Notes under the pieces: generated by a model
The model's input: only the letters and a program-made list of their open reading frames with translations
Databases searched by the model: none
Told to the model about the DNA's origin: nothing
Shown: positions 20,207-32,348 of the stretch, piece by piece
Position numbering within the stretch: the stretch's first letter is position 1
How the letters are laid out: every line of letters starts with the position of its first letter
Translations under genes and position numbers: made by a program
Origin: Vulcanimicrobiota bacterium
GTDB lineage: Bacteria > Vulcanimicrobiota > Vulcanimicrobiia > Vulcanimicrobiales > Vulcanimicrobiaceae
Assembly: GCA_963833095.1 (NCBI GenBank)
Contig: CAWHWQ010000001.1
Span: 352,001-416,000, forward strand
DNA: 64,000 bases
Direction: 5' to 3'

Positions 20207-20449
20207 CTATTGTTGATAGTGTTCGACGGTGTCGGCCGTGCGCATGTGCGCGACCTCGGGATCTTGTCCCGCGTCGCGGCGCGCGCGGCGCTGACGTAAC
20301 AGATCAAAGTAGCGGTCGAGCTGCACTTGGACTTCTTCCAAGCGCAAACGGTCCTGCGGCGTCAACTTCCCGCTATCCCCGTGCTCGAGCAGCCGGTGCT
20401 CCTCGGCAACTAAGTCCTCAATGTGTTGGTGGATGGCCTGATCTTCCAT
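20207..20449 (-). CDS. DUF2630-like small protein
   Basis: LVAEEHRL..LDRYFDLLRQRRARR..G.DP..R..TVEHYQQ. Confidence 0.8.
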   Translation of the reverse strand: MEDQAIHQHIEDLVAEEHRLLEHGDSGKLTPQDRLRLEEVQVQLDRYFDLLRQRRARRDAGQDPEVAHMRTADTVEHYQQ

Positions 20450-21398
20450 GTGGGGTCCATCCTGGGCCCGACCCGGCTCGTCCTGCCCGATCCACCTGTT
20501 GGAGCAGATGGCCGAGGAGCAGATCCGCCGTGGTCACGGTGGCGCGCTCCTCGCCGATCAGATCGAGGACGGTCTCGAGCACGATGATGCCCGCGGGAAG
20601 AATATCGGCACGCTGTGGCTTCATCCCGGCCATCGCCTTGCGCTCTTTGAGGGGGAGCGCGCAGAGCCGAACGAGCGCACCCTGCAGATCGCTGCGCGAA
20701 AGTTCGAAGGCATCGATTTTCGTACGCTTCCCGCGAATCAGCGCCGCTACCGTCGTGGCCGAGCCCCCGACGAATGCCACGTGTCCGACTTTCGCAAAAT
20801 CCGCAATCGGCGCAACGGCCTCGCGCGCGATTACCCGCGCTTGTTCGATTGTAGCCAGGTCAACCACACCATCATTGCCTGACAGGAGTGGGAGCATCTC
20901 AGTCAGCCGCACGGCGCCGATCTCACACGAGACGGTTCGATCCGGCGTCGCACCGTTGCCGGTCGCATACTCCGTGCTGCCACCGCCTACGTCGACCACG
21001 CCAAGCTCCTCGTTGTGCAGTGGACCAAAGGCCGTGATCGCGCCACGATAGGACGCCGCGGCTTCTTCGTCGCCCGAAAGTATCTGCAAGGGCACGCCGA
21101 GCAAGCCTTGGACGCGCGTGGTAAACGCGTCGCCGTTGCTCGCGCGGCGCAACGCGCTCGTCGCAATCGCAAAGAGCCGCACGTAGTGGCCGCGCACGGC
21201 GCGAAAGTGCGACGTCACTGCGTCGAATGTGCGCCGCATCGGCTCTTCGCCGAGCTCGCCGCTTTCACGCAAGCCCTCGCCGATGCGCGTGCCGATCGAG
21301 CGCGCGAGGCCGACGCGCGGCACACCGGGCTCCATATCCGCCAATGCGACACGCGTCGAGTTCGTGCCGATCGAAATGACCGCGTAGTGCTTACTCAA
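20418..21398 (-). CDS. ppx: Ppx/GppA-family phosphatase
   Basis: IGTNSTR, ATSALRRASN, LSGDEEA, DVGGGSTE, RADILPAG. Confidence 0.88.
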   Translation of the reverse strand: MSKHYAVISIGTNSTRVALADMEPGVPRVGLARSIGTRIGEGLRESGELGEEPMRRTFDAVTSHFRAVRGHYVRLFAIATSALRRASNGDAFTTRVQGLLGVPLQILSGDEEAAASYRGAITAFGPLHNEELGVVDVGGGSTEYATGNGATPDRTVSCEIGAVRLTEMLPLLSGNDGVVDLATIEQARVIAREAVAPIADFAKVGHVAFVGGSATTVAALIRGKRTKIDAFELSRSDLQGALVRLCALPLKERKAMAGMKPQRADILPAGIIVLETVLDLIGEERATVTTADLLLGHLLQQVDRAGRAGSGPGWTPHGRSGHPPTH

Positions 21399-21735
21399 AT
21401 AGGCGAGCGCGCTTCTTCTTCTGAAGGAAATGGCGCTCGTGCGCTGGGACGCCGTCGGCGTCGTTTTCCCACTCCTGCGTGCTTTCGAGATAGTGCGCGA
21501 TCTGCGCGTCGAGCTCGGGTTCGGCGATGCGGGGAACGATTGTCACCATCGGGCGGCGTGCTCCCGGATGCAGAACGAAGGCGAGAGCCTCGCGCGCCGA
21601 CATCCCGCGATCGTAGTCGACGCGGTGCGCTTCCACATCGCCCGCTGGGGCGCTGGCGAGTTCGCCGCTCTCGAGGCGCACGGTCGCGCCATACGCGTTC
21701 ACATTGATTACGAAACCGTAGACGCGTTCGATCAC
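21391..21735 (-). CDS. S1-like domain protein (YabR-like position)
   Basis: GFVINVNAYGATVRL beta pattern and basic tail; lies between the ftsB-like gene and ppx. Confidence 0.55.
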   Translation of the reverse strand: MIERVYGFVINVNAYGATVRLESGELASAPAGDVEAHRVDYDRGMSAREALAFVLHPGARRPMVTIVPRIAEPELDAQIAHYLESTQEWENDADGVPAHERHFLQKKKRARLFE

Positions 21736-22106
21736 GGAGTCGGCGAGGACTGCGGTGAGGGGAGCGGGCTGACAAAGACGATCGCTTCGTTGGAACGCAC
21801 GAGGCGCAGGCGATCGTGAATCTCGGGAATTGCCCCTTGCGGATCTTCGAGCCGGCGCAATTGGCGTAGCTGCCACGCGCGGCGCGCCTGCAATTGCGTG
21901 ACGTCGTTCTGCGTCGACGAGAGTTCGTGCGCAAGCGCGACGTTGTCATCGATGACCCGCGCAAACTGTACCGCCACCAGCGTAAACACCAAGAGCGCAA
22001 CGGCGGCGGCGGTAAGACGTCCCAGAAAACGCCATATCAATGAAGCGCGCGTGCGGCGCTTCACCGTGCTGACGTTCCGATGTCCCCCTGACGCTCCGTT
22101 TGCCAT
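21732..22106 (-). CDS. Septum formation initiator (FtsB/DivIC family)
   Basis: TM plus leucine-zipper-like helix, LRLVRSNEAIVFV. Confidence 0.78.
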   Translation of the reverse strand: MANGASGGHRNVSTVKRRTRASLIWRFLGRLTAAAVALLVFTLVAVQFARVIDDNVALAHELSSTQNDVTQLQARRAWQLRQLRRLEDPQGAIPEIHDRLRLVRSNEAIVFVSPLPSPQSSPTP

Positions 22107-23050
22107 GCGCCTATCCGGCGATACTTCTGATAACGAGCCTCTCGTAATTCTTGCGGCGATATCCGCGCGAGCCGTTCAACTGCCGCCGACGCCGCATCTA
22201 GAACCTTTGCCACGACCCCTGTCGGATCGCGATGCGCGCCGCCGATCGGTTCGGCCACGATCTCATCGATAATACCAAACTGCTGCAAATCTGCCGAGGT
22301 GAGCTTCAGCCGCGACGCGGCTTCCTCCGCTTTAGCGGCATCGCCCCACAGGATCGCCGCGCAACCTTCCGGCGACGCAACCGAGTAGACCGAGTTCTCG
22401 AGCATGAGGACGTGATCGGCAATGCCCAGGGCCAGCGCGCCGCCCGAGCCGCCCTCGCCGATGATCGACGCGACGATGGGCACACGTGCCCGCGTGAACT
22501 CCTGGAGGCACATGGCGATCGCTTCAGACTGCGCGTGCTCTTCGGATGCAATTCCGGGGTCGGCGCCCTTGGTATCGATAAACGTTACGATGGGCAGGCC
22601 TAACCGCGAGGCCGTGTGTGCTAGGCGCTGGACCTTACGATAGCCCTCGGGGGTCACCATGCCGAAGTTTCGGCGCAGATTTTCCTTGGTGTCGCGCCCG
22701 CGCTGCTGACCAATGGCCATGACCGCGCGCCCGCGTAGGATCGCAAAGCCCGCCACGATGGCGGGATCGTCACGGAACTCGCGGTCGCCGTGCAGCTCAT
22801 CGAAGCGATCGAGCTTGGCGATGAAATCGAGCGAGGTGGGTCGGCTGGGATGCCGCGCCATATTGACCTTTTCCCACGCCGTAAGCGATCCGAAGAGCTC
22901 GCGCTGAAGCGTTTCGTATTTCTGTTCGAGCGATGCAATTTCGGCAGAGAAGTCGACCGGCTGGTTGACGTTGGCACTACGTAAGTCGGCGATGCGACGT
23001 TCAACCTCGAGCAGTCCGCGCTCGCGCTCGACGATCACGTTCCCGTTCAC
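22061..23050 (-). CDS. accA: Acetyl-CoA carboxylase carboxyltransferase alpha
   Basis: ARHPSRP, ELHGDR, RNFGM..PEGYRK, GEGGSGGAL. Confidence 0.96.
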   Translation of the reverse strand: MNGNVIVERERGLLEVERRIADLRSANVNQPVDFSAEIASLEQKYETLQRELFGSLTAWEKVNMARHPSRPTSLDFIAKLDRFDELHGDREFRDDPAIVAGFAILRGRAVMAIGQQRGRDTKENLRRNFGMVTPEGYRKVQRLAHTASRLGLPIVTFIDTKGADPGIASEEHAQSEAIAMCLQEFTRARVPIVASIIGEGGSGGALALGIADHVLMLENSVYSVASPEGCAAILWGDAAKAEEAASRLKLTSADLQQFGIIDEIVAEPIGGAHRDPTGVVAKVLDAASAAVERLARISPQELREARYQKYRRIGAWQTERQGDIGTSAR

Positions 23051-23898
23051 TGACGAACCTTGATCCCACCGGCCGAGTACTGCAGCAGGCGGAGCAGCGT
23101 GGTCTTGAGATCGTGCCGGTCGACCACCATGTCGATGTGGCCCTTCTCGAGCAAAAACTCTGCCGTCTGAAACTGATCGGGAAGCTTTTGCCGGATCGTT
23201 TGCTCGATGACCCGGCGCCCCGCAAAGCCGATCATCGCCTTGGGTTCGGCGACGATAACGTCGGACTCAAACGCAAACGACGCCGAGACGCCGCCGGTCG
23301 TCGGATCGGTCAGCACGGTAACGAAGAAATTCCCGTCTTCCTTAAACCGAGTAACGGCGGCAGTCGTTTTGGCCATCTGCATCAGCGCGAACATGCCCTC
23401 TTCCATGCGCGCACCGCCCGACGCAGTGACAATAATGCATGGAATCCGGCGCCTGCGCGCCTCCTCCAGGAGCAGCGTAACGCGCTCGCCGACGACCGTG
23501 CCCATGGTTCCACCGCGAAAATGGAAGTCCATGACCCCGAGGGCAATCTCGAACCCGTCGATCGAACCGATGCCGCATACCACGCCTTCTGAGATCCCGC
23601 TTTTCTCACGATCGCCCGCGAGCTTGACTGGATACGTCTTCTTGTCGACCCATCCGAGCGGATCGCCGGGCAGAATCTCGCTGCCGATCTCGGTAAAATC
23701 GCCATCAATCAACATGTTGATGCGATCGTAGGCATTCATCCTAAAGTGATGGCCGCACTTCGTGCACACATCGTAATTCGACGAAAGATCGCGCCGATAG
23801 AGCACCTCACCACAGGACGGGCACTTCGTCCACAGCGCCGCATCGCGGGTATCGGCTTCTTTACCGCGGCGTCGCAGCAGCCAATCGGGAATAGACAC
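23047..23898 (-). CDS. accD: Acetyl-CoA carboxylase carboxyltransferase beta
   Basis: LWTKCPSC..CTKC zinc finger, SGGARM, PTTGGVSASF, FQTAEFL. Confidence 0.96.
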   Translation of the reverse strand: MSIPDWLLRRRGKEADTRDAALWTKCPSCGEVLYRRDLSSNYDVCTKCGHHFRMNAYDRINMLIDGDFTEIGSEILPGDPLGWVDKKTYPVKLAGDREKSGISEGVVCGIGSIDGFEIALGVMDFHFRGGTMGTVVGERVTLLLEEARRRRIPCIIVTASGGARMEEGMFALMQMAKTTAAVTRFKEDGNFFVTVLTDPTTGGVSASFAFESDVIVAEPKAMIGFAGRRVIEQTIRQKLPDQFQTAEFLLEKGHIDMVVDRHDLKTTLLRLLQYSAGGIKVRQ

Positions 23899-23899
23899 G

Positions 23900-24616
23900 T
23901 TAGCTGCGCCCCGCGAAGATCCGCGCCACGTACAGCTTGCGCAACTGCTTGAGATAATTGAAGATCTCGTTCTGGTTCAACTTCGACTCGCCCACGATCC
24001 GGTCGGTGAAGACGTACGGAATCTCGATTGCGCGCCCGTAGTGCGCCTTGGCGATAACCTCCAGCCCAATCTTGAACCCGATCGGATCGAGCTGTACGCC
24101 TTCGAGCGCTTCGCGCTTGACCAGAAAATAACCGCTGGTGAGATCTTTGACGCCGGTGAGTGGTCTTGCAAGCGCGCAGGCGACACGCGACGTGATGATC
24201 CGGCGCCGAGGCCAATTCGCGATGCCGCCGCCCTTGACGTAGCGGCTTCCGATCGCAAGGCCGTACTCTCCGGATTCGAGCGCCGCGACCATTAATGGGA
24301 GGATGTTGATGTCGTGGCTGAAGTCGGCGTCCATGGCGCCCAGCGCCTGGGACTGCGGACGCGCAAACGCCCACCCATCGATCACGCCGCTTGAAAGTCC
24401 GAGCTTGCCTGGACGATGCAAACATCGGACCGGAAGTTCGGCGGCGAGGCGATCGACGATGGCACCGGTGCCGTCGGGCGAATTGTCATCGACGACGATG
24501 ATCTCGCCGTCAAGGTCGTGCGCTTTGAACACATCGCTCACCGCGCGCAGCAAACGCTCGATGCCGCCTGCTTCGTTGTAGGTTGGAACGACGATGGAAA
24601 AAGGGAGTTTGGCCAT
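23900..24616 (-). CDS. GT2 polyprenol monophosphomannose synthase-like glycosyltransferase
   Basis: VVPTYNE, VDDNSPDGT, MDADFSH, GSRY, GESKL. Confidence 0.9.
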   Translation of the reverse strand: MAKLPFSIVVPTYNEAGGIERLLRAVSDVFKAHDLDGEIIVVDDNSPDGTGAIVDRLAAELPVRCLHRPGKLGLSSGVIDGWAFARPQSQALGAMDADFSHDINILPLMVAALESGEYGLAIGSRYVKGGGIANWPRRRIITSRVACALARPLTGVKDLTSGYFLVKREALEGVQLDPIGFKIGLEVIAKAHYGRAIEIPYVFTDRIVGESKLNQNEIFNYLKQLRKLYVARIFAGRS

Positions 24617-24659
24617 AGTCTAGCCCGAGCCCATACGACGGGATGACGCAGGTTTCCGC

Positions 24660-26531
24660 TTACGAAGCGGCGGTCGCCACGCCTTTGCCGGCGCGTTTCG
24701 ACGCGTACATCGCCTCGTCGGCCCGCGCCAACAATTCCTCGGCGGTGCCGGCGTCGCGCGGGTACGCCGCGATCCCGACACTGGCGCCAACGGCTACCGA
24801 GCGGCCGTCAAAAATCGCGCGTTCGGATGCAGCCTGGATCAGACGCTCCGCCAGACGAAGCGCTTCGCTGTCGCTGTTCGTAGTGGTCTGCAACGCGAGG
24901 AACTCATCGCCACCGACACGCGCGAGAACGTCGCCCTCGCGAAGCACCGCTCGTAAACGCGCGGCCGTGATCGACAGAAAGTCGTCGCCTATCGCGTGCC
25001 CGAACGCATCGTTGACGCCTTTGAAGCCGTCGAGGTCGATGAAATAAGCGATGACTTGTTCGCCGGTACGGTGCGCTCGTGCAATCGCGAGCCGCAATTG
25101 CTCCATTGCGTACCGCCGGTTCGGCAAGCGCGTCACCGAGTCGACGTAGGCAATCTCTTCCAACTCATCTTCGCGGTGCTCACGCGCAAGCGACGCACCG
25201 ATCATTGCGGCGACGACCCTGGCAAAATCCAGATCTGCTTCCTCAAAGGGACGCCGCCGTTGCTTGCGCGACATGAAGGCCAAGCCTCCCACCGGCACGC
25301 CGTCGGCGAACGCCGTGGTGATGATCAACGCGCCCCAGCCAAAGCGCGCCTGCGCCGCGTCATTTTCCCATTCGTTGCTCTCGTGATTCCAGAACGAGAT
25401 TATCTTGTTCGTTCCGAGGATATGCCGCGTATACGATTCACCAAACGGAAACGAGTCGCCGGCTTGGAGCGTGTCCCCGACCGAGTGCATGATCTTCACT
25501 TGATCGTCGACGACGCGCGATACGGTAGCGCCTTGCATTTCGAGCGCCCGCACCGCAAATTGAAGCGTTTCGCTGATCTGGCGATCGACCGAACCTGCAT
25601 GCATCGAGGCGATCCGCGAAAGGGACCGCAATCGCTCGCGCTGCAGGCCCTCGCGAAATTCAATCTCGCGCTCGCGCGTCACGTCGCGCGCGATCACGTA
25701 CACGCCCTCCAACTCGCCGCTCACGCGCATGGGCACGGTGTCGACGCGCACTATCACCGCCGAACCGTTCTTCGAGCGCAGGGCTGCATCGAATCGCATC
25801 GAGGTATCCGAGAAGAGCGCGCTTGCAAGCCCGGCGTGCTCGATCGCATCCGGCGCAGGCGCGAGCGAATCAATGGGAACCCCGATCAGCTCCTCGGCGC
25901 GATAGAGCGTCAAACGCTCGAGTTCGGGGTTCGCGCGAACGATGCGGCTTTGCGCGTCGATGAGCGCAATCGCGTCGGGATGGAAATCGAACATCGAGCT
26001 CAAGCGCTCGCCGCTCTCTTCGAGCCGATCGACCATGGCCGCCCAGCGCGCTTCCGCCGGCCGCGCCAGCCGGAAGTAAAGCACGGCCACGATGGTCATC
26101 GCAATCAGGCTGATAGCGATTGCTAGAAGACGAAAGCGCGTGCGCCAGGCCCGCGCACTTCGATCGTAAGCGCTGGTCTTGGCGTCAAAAAGATTGAAGA
26201 CCGCGAGCGCGTCGGCGCGCGTTGGGTGCGCCAAGTAGCGCCCGAAAAGCGCGCTCTCATCGGGAGAGAGATCGTTGAAGTTCGACTGCATAGCGCTCAG
26301 CGCCGCAATACTGCCGTGCAAATCGGCTTCATTGTTTGCCGTTGCGTCGTACAGGATCCGCCACGTTGCGGCGCGCCTCAAACCACTGGAATTCACCGAC
26401 CGCGACGGCGGCGTAGCGGAGACCGTAAGCACGATGAGGACCACGACCTGGACGACCAGGACACCAACGATTGCTAAAGCGCCGGCTGCTCCCATACTGC
26501 GCAGCCGGCCGCCGCCGCGGCGTTCATTCAT
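24660..26531 (-). CDS. Membrane diguanylate cyclase (sensor-PAS-GAF-GGDEF)
   Basis: Two TMs, PAS ending ARDVT, DLDGFKGVND, REGD inhibitory site, intact GGDEF. Confidence 0.92.
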   Translation of the reverse strand: MNERRGGGRLRSMGAAGALAIVGVLVVQVVVLIVLTVSATPPSRSVNSSGLRRAATWRILYDATANNEADLHGSIAALSAMQSNFNDLSPDESALFGRYLAHPTRADALAVFNLFDAKTSAYDRSARAWRTRFRLLAIAISLIAMTIVAVLYFRLARPAEARWAAMVDRLEESGERLSSMFDFHPDAIALIDAQSRIVRANPELERLTLYRAEELIGVPIDSLAPAPDAIEHAGLASALFSDTSMRFDAALRSKNGSAVIVRVDTVPMRVSGELEGVYVIARDVTREREIEFREGLQRERLRSLSRIASMHAGSVDRQISETLQFAVRALEMQGATVSRVVDDQVKIMHSVGDTLQAGDSFPFGESYTRHILGTNKIISFWNHESNEWENDAAQARFGWGALIITTAFADGVPVGGLAFMSRKQRRRPFEEADLDFARVVAAMIGASLAREHREDELEEIAYVDSVTRLPNRRYAMEQLRLAIARAHRTGEQVIAYFIDLDGFKGVNDAFGHAIGDDFLSITAARLRAVLREGDVLARVGGDEFLALQTTTNSDSEALRLAERLIQAASERAIFDGRSVAVGASVGIAAYPRDAGTAEELLARADEAMYASKRAGKGVATAAS

Positions 26532-26563
26532 TACTTAGGTTATCGTAAATAGGCGCAACGGCT

Positions 26564-27295
26564 TTATATCCCCAGCTCGTAATCGAGCACCGCGACCACC
26601 GCTAAGGCAGCCGTTTCGGTGCGCAGAATGCGCGAGCCCAGCGACAGCAGATGCGCGCCCGCGGCCTCCGCGGACTCGGCTTCGAGGTGGGAAAAGCCGC
26701 CCTCAGGACCGATGACCACCAGAATCCGCTGCGCGCCGCTGATGAGGCGGGGCAGATGTTCGCGCAGTGGTTGTTGCGCGGCGACCTCCCATGGGAAGAG
26801 CACCGTATCGTACTCCGAAAATTGCGAGCAGAGCTGCGCGAACGGCAAGGGTTCGGTAACGGCGAGGAGGTCGGTGCGACCACTCTGCTGCGCCGAGCTA
26901 CGCGCAAGCCGCCTCCAGCGCTCGAGCTTTGTCGCGCCGAGGTCTTGAACGATGGTACGTTCGCTCTGCAAAGGGATCAGCGTGCGCACACCCAGCTCGC
27001 CCAATTTCTCGACGACAAAGTCCATCTTCTGGCCTTTTGGAATGCCTTGTGCGACGTCGATCGCGACCCGCGCGGCGACGGCCGGTGCGCGCGCTTCGCC
27101 AAGGCGCGCGTGCAGCGCCCCATCTATCGTTTGGAGTGTTGCGGCAAAAATCGCGCCGGCCGAATCGACAACCTCGATGACGTCGCCGTCGCGCAAGCGT
27201 AAGACGTTGACGATCTTATGCGCGTCGCTGCCATGAACGGCGACGACTTCCCCGGCACGATGGGCGTCGCGAACGAAAAACCGCCGAGCCGGCAT
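26564..27295 (-). CDS. rsmE: 16S rRNA m3U1498 methyltransferase
   Basis: HKIVNVLRL, ELGV, IGPEGGFS, LGSRILRTETA. Confidence 0.95.
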   Translation of the reverse strand: MPARRFFVRDAHRAGEVVAVHGSDAHKIVNVLRLRDGDVIEVVDSAGAIFAATLQTIDGALHARLGEARAPAVAARVAIDVAQGIPKGQKMDFVVEKLGELGVRTLIPLQSERTIVQDLGATKLERWRRLARSSAQQSGRTDLLAVTEPLPFAQLCSQFSEYDTVLFPWEVAAQQPLREHLPRLISGAQRILVVIGPEGGFSHLEAESAEAAGAHLLSLGSRILRTETAALAVVAVLDYELGI

Positions 27296-27302
27296 GCGCG
27301 CC

Positions 27303-28427
27303 CTACTCGGGGCGGAACGCGTCCTTCACGCGGTCGAGAAAACTCTTCTCTTCGATTGCATCGCCGCCGGCGCGCGCGTACTCTTCGAGCGTTTCGCGTT
27401 GACGCTTATTGAGCTTGGTCGGAACGACGACGTGAACGGTGACGTGATGATCGCCACGCTGCGATCCGCGTACCGACGGCATGCCGTGACCACGAAGGCG
27501 TAGCGTCGTGCCGCTCTGCGTTCCCGCGGGAATGCCGAGCTGCAGAGGTCCCTCGAGCGACGGCACGTCGAGCGTCGTTCCCAGTGCCGCAAGCGGAAAA
27601 CTGATCGGCACGTCAATGAACGTTTCGAGCCCGTCGCGCCGAAAGAGCGGATGCGCTGCCACGCTGAGGTAGACATAGAGATCGCCGGCCGGCCCGCCGC
27701 GAATGCCGGCTTCGCCGTTTCCGGCGATGCGAATCCGCGAACCGTCGTCGACACCGGCGGGGACACGCACGGTGAGTTTGCGCTCGATTTCCTGACGTCC
27801 GCGGCCGCCGCAGATCGCGCACGGCTGCGTGATCACGTGACCTTCACCGCCGCACGCATTGCAGGCCGTTTGCGTGACGAATTGACCGAGCGGAGTCTGA
27901 CGAACGGTGCGCATGACGCCACTGCCGTGACAGCGCTCGCATCCGGCGACCAGCGAACCGGGTTGCGCGCCGGACCCCTTGCACGTCTCGCATTGGGTGA
28001 GATGCGAAAATTGAATCTCTCTCGTCGTTCCGGCGAACGCTTCGTCGAGCGTGATCTCGAGATCGTAACGCAGATCCGATCCGCGCTGCGGCCCGCTGCG
28101 GCGCGGCTGCGCCTGGGCGCGCGCTTCACCGAAGAACATATCGAAGATGTCGCCGAAGCCGTTGGGACCAAAGCCCGAGAAACCGAAGTCGGCGCCGCCC
28201 TGCGGCCCGCTGACGGTCCCGAAGCGATCGTACTGCGCTCGCTTTTGCGGATCCGAAAGCACTTCGTACGCTTCGTTGATCTCTTTGAAGAGATGCTCTG
28301 CGCCGGCTTTGTCGTGCGAGACGTCGGGATGGTGACGCCGCGCGAGCGAGCGATAGGCGCGCTTGATATCGTCCGGCGATGCGTCTCGCGTGACGCCGAG
28401 CACGTCGTAATAATCCTTGGTGGGCAT
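27303..28427 (-). CDS. dnaJ: Chaperone DnaJ
   Basis: [13 protein letters not shown] region, four CxxCxGxG repeats. Confidence 0.97.
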   Translation of the reverse strand: MPTKDYYDVLGVTRDASPDDIKRAYRSLARRHHPDVSHDKAGAEHLFKEINEAYEVLSDPQKRAQYDRFGTVSGPQGGADFGFSGFGPNGFGDIFDMFFGEARAQAQPRRSGPQRGSDLRYDLEITLDEAFAGTTREIQFSHLTQCETCKGSGAQPGSLVAGCERCHGSGVMRTVRQTPLGQFVTQTACNACGGEGHVITQPCAICGGRGRQEIERKLTVRVPAGVDDGSRIRIAGNGEAGIRGGPAGDLYVYLSVAAHPLFRRDGLETFIDVPISFPLAALGTTLDVPSLEGPLQLGIPAGTQSGTTLRLRGHGMPSVRGSQRGDHHVTVHVVVPTKLNKRQRETLEEYARAGGDAIEEKSFLDRVKDAFRPE

Positions 28428-28428
28428 T

Positions 28429-29469
28429 TTACTCTATATCGGAAAGTCGTTCGGAAAGGGTATCGGCAGTTCCCGACGCGAGCGCGACAAGGCGCGCATA
28501 GGGCATGCGTCGCGGGCCCAGGATTGAGAGCATCCCAATCGCGTTGGGTCCGAAGCGGTAGGGCACGGTAACGACCGAAAGATCGGCCAGCTCGTCACTG
28601 CCGAATTCGGCCCCGATTTTGACGCTGGCCGCTTCGTTGACGATCGCGTCGGCGACCATATCGTACAACGTCTTTTGCTCTTCGACGATCCGCAGAATAG
28701 AGCGCAACTTGCGCAAGTCGTGGAACTCGGGCTGATCGAGCAGGTTCTGCGCGCCCGCTGCGGCAATCGACGGCGCCTGCGTGCTGCGCGCACTGCGTAG
28801 CGCGGCCACGACCGCGCCGCGCAACTCGTCGGAGAGACCCAACTCATCGATGGCGCCCTGAACGTCGTGCTCGCCAATGTCGCGCATCAAGCGATTCCCA
28901 AGGCGGGCATTGAGCGCATTGGAGAGCTGCGTGAGCGCGTCAGCTTCGAGGTCGCTCGTCACCTCAAAAAGCGTCTGGGCCGCTACGCCCAGCGACGTCA
29001 CGACGATCGCGACGCCGGTGCGCGGCGAGAGCCAAATGAGCTGAATATGCTTGAAGCTTTGCGTGTCGTTCTGCGGTTTGGTGACGAAGGCAAGGTTGTT
29101 CGAAAGGCGTCCGAGCAGGCGCGTCGCGCTCTCGATAACGTCGTCCAACTCGCGGCTGGCCTCGCGTAGATCCTCGCGAATGCGCCGACGATCTTCGGCC
29201 GGCAACGTCTCGGGCTGCATGAGCTCGTCGACGTAGGTGCGGTAGCCCGCGTCCGAGGGCACCCGGCCCGCCGACGTGTGCGGCTGAACCAGGTAGCCGC
29301 CGGCTTCCAGTTCGGCCATCTCGTTGCGCACCGTGGCCGAGCTCACGCCGAGGTTGTACTTCTGCGTGAGCGTGTTCGAGCCGACCGGCTCGGCGGTCGC
29401 AATATATTCGTAGACGACCGTTGCCAGGATGTAGGCTTTGCGCTTGTCCAGTCCGCCCTCACTCTTCAT
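28429..29469 (-). CDS. hrcA: Heat-inducible transcription repressor
   Basis: [36 protein letters not shown]. Confidence 0.96.
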   Translation of the reverse strand: MKSEGGLDKRKAYILATVVYEYIATAEPVGSNTLTQKYNLGVSSATVRNEMAELEAGGYLVQPHTSAGRVPSDAGYRTYVDELMQPETLPAEDRRRIREDLREASRELDDVIESATRLLGRLSNNLAFVTKPQNDTQSFKHIQLIWLSPRTGVAIVVTSLGVAAQTLFEVTSDLEADALTQLSNALNARLGNRLMRDIGEHDVQGAIDELGLSDELRGAVVAALRSARSTQAPSIAAAGAQNLLDQPEFHDLRKLRSILRIVEEQKTLYDMVADAIVNEAASVKIGAEFGSDELADLSVVTVPYRFGPNAIGMLSILGPRRMPYARLVALASGTADTLSERLSDIE

Positions 29470-29475
29470 TGCCGG

Positions 29476-29976
29476 CTATCTTAGCACTCCGGGGGTCGGA
29501 GTGCCAACAGCCGGGGTCGCAAGCGCCCTCAGGATTGCCGTTCGCAGCTCGTCCCACGACAGCCCACCCTTGGAGATATACGAAACGTTGCCGCTTGGAT
29601 CGACCACCACCGTGAGCGGGATGGGCGGCGTGGAGTAGGCGGACGAGATCGAACCGTCCAGGTCTTCGACCAGCGGCAGCGAGCTATCCAGATTCCAGAG
29701 GCGCAGGTAGCTCGCGGCGACATCGTGCGGTTCCGAGGAGATCGTCAACAGATCGATCTTCGAGCCGAACATTTCGGTTGCGTCCACGAAATACTTCAAC
29801 TCATCGGTGCACGGTGGACACCACGTCGCCCAAAAATTCAGCACGACCACTTTGCCTCGGAGGTCGTACAGGCGCTTCGTCCCCTTAGCACTTGGAATGG
29901 TGAAGTCAGGCGGAGGCGCGTGCTCGTGCACTCGCGCCAGAACCGTCGTGGCGGCGAGCACGAACGCGGCTAACAT
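29476..29976 (-). CDS. TlpA/ResA-family thiol-disulfide oxidoreductase
   Basis: PDFTI, GKVVVLNFWATWCPPC; start uncertain (29976 or 30000). Confidence 0.88.
   Translation of the reverse strand: MLAAFVLAATTVLARVHEHAPPPDFTIPSAKGTKRLYDLRGKVVVLNFWATWCPPCTDELKYFVDATEMFGSKIDLLTISSEPHDVAASYLRLWNLDSSLPLVEDLDGSISSAYSTPPIPLTVVVDPSGNVSYISKGGLSWDELRTAILRALATPAVGTPTPGVLR
29481..29507. promoter_or_regulatory. CIRCE element
   Basis: TTAGCACTC-N9-GAGTGCCAA directly upstream of hrcA. Confidence 0.95.
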
Positions 29977-30030
29977 TTGTATGACTTTTTCGGCAGGCAT
30001 TTGCGATGACCCCCGGTGAACTCGGCCAGC

Positions 30031-31983
<1,953 letters not shown>

Positions 31984-31990
31984 GTCCTGG

Positions 31991-32085
31991 TTGTCATCCC
32001 GAGCGTAGTGAGCGAAGCGAACGGAGTCGAGGGACCGACGTTATCACGGCCCCTCGACTTCGCTGCGCTACGCTCGGGGTGACAA
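31991..32085. repeat. REP-like long imperfect palindrome
   Basis: TTGTCATCCCGAGCGTAG...AGTCGAGGG / CCCTCGACT...CTACGCTCGGGGTGACAA between convergent genes. Confidence 0.8.
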
Positions 32086-32298
32086 GGAAGGTTTCGGTTT
32101 TGGCGAGCCCATCATATGGCTACTCGACATCGAGTGACTTGGCTTGGGCGAGGCCATCATATGGGTGCTTTTCATCGACGACGAGCTCTTCATCGAGTGC
32201 ATCGCCGACGGGCTGGGTTTGGGCGATGACATTGAGTCGGCCATCGCTGGAGCTGCCGTGAGAAACGCGGCGGCGAGGATCGCTATAAAGTAACGCAT
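32068..32298 (-). CDS. Small secreted Met/Ser/His-rich repeat protein
   Basis: Signal peptide MRYFIAILAAAFLTAAPAMA then three M-x-SPKP units. Confidence 0.75.
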   Translation of the reverse strand: MRYFIAILAAAFLTAAPAMADSMSSPKPSPSAMHSMKSSSSMKSTHMMASPKPSHSMSSSHMMGSPKPKPSLSPRA

Positions 32299-32348
32299 AT
32301 CCCTGGTACGCCGCAAAGCTCCGGCTGGATTAGCGCGAGCGAAGCTCG

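Noticed and set aside
19912..21051. 379-aa plus-strand ORF as an intron-encoded endonuclease
   Set aside because: Antisense to the tRNA, intron and ppx; no LAGLIDADG, GIY-YIG or HNH motif.
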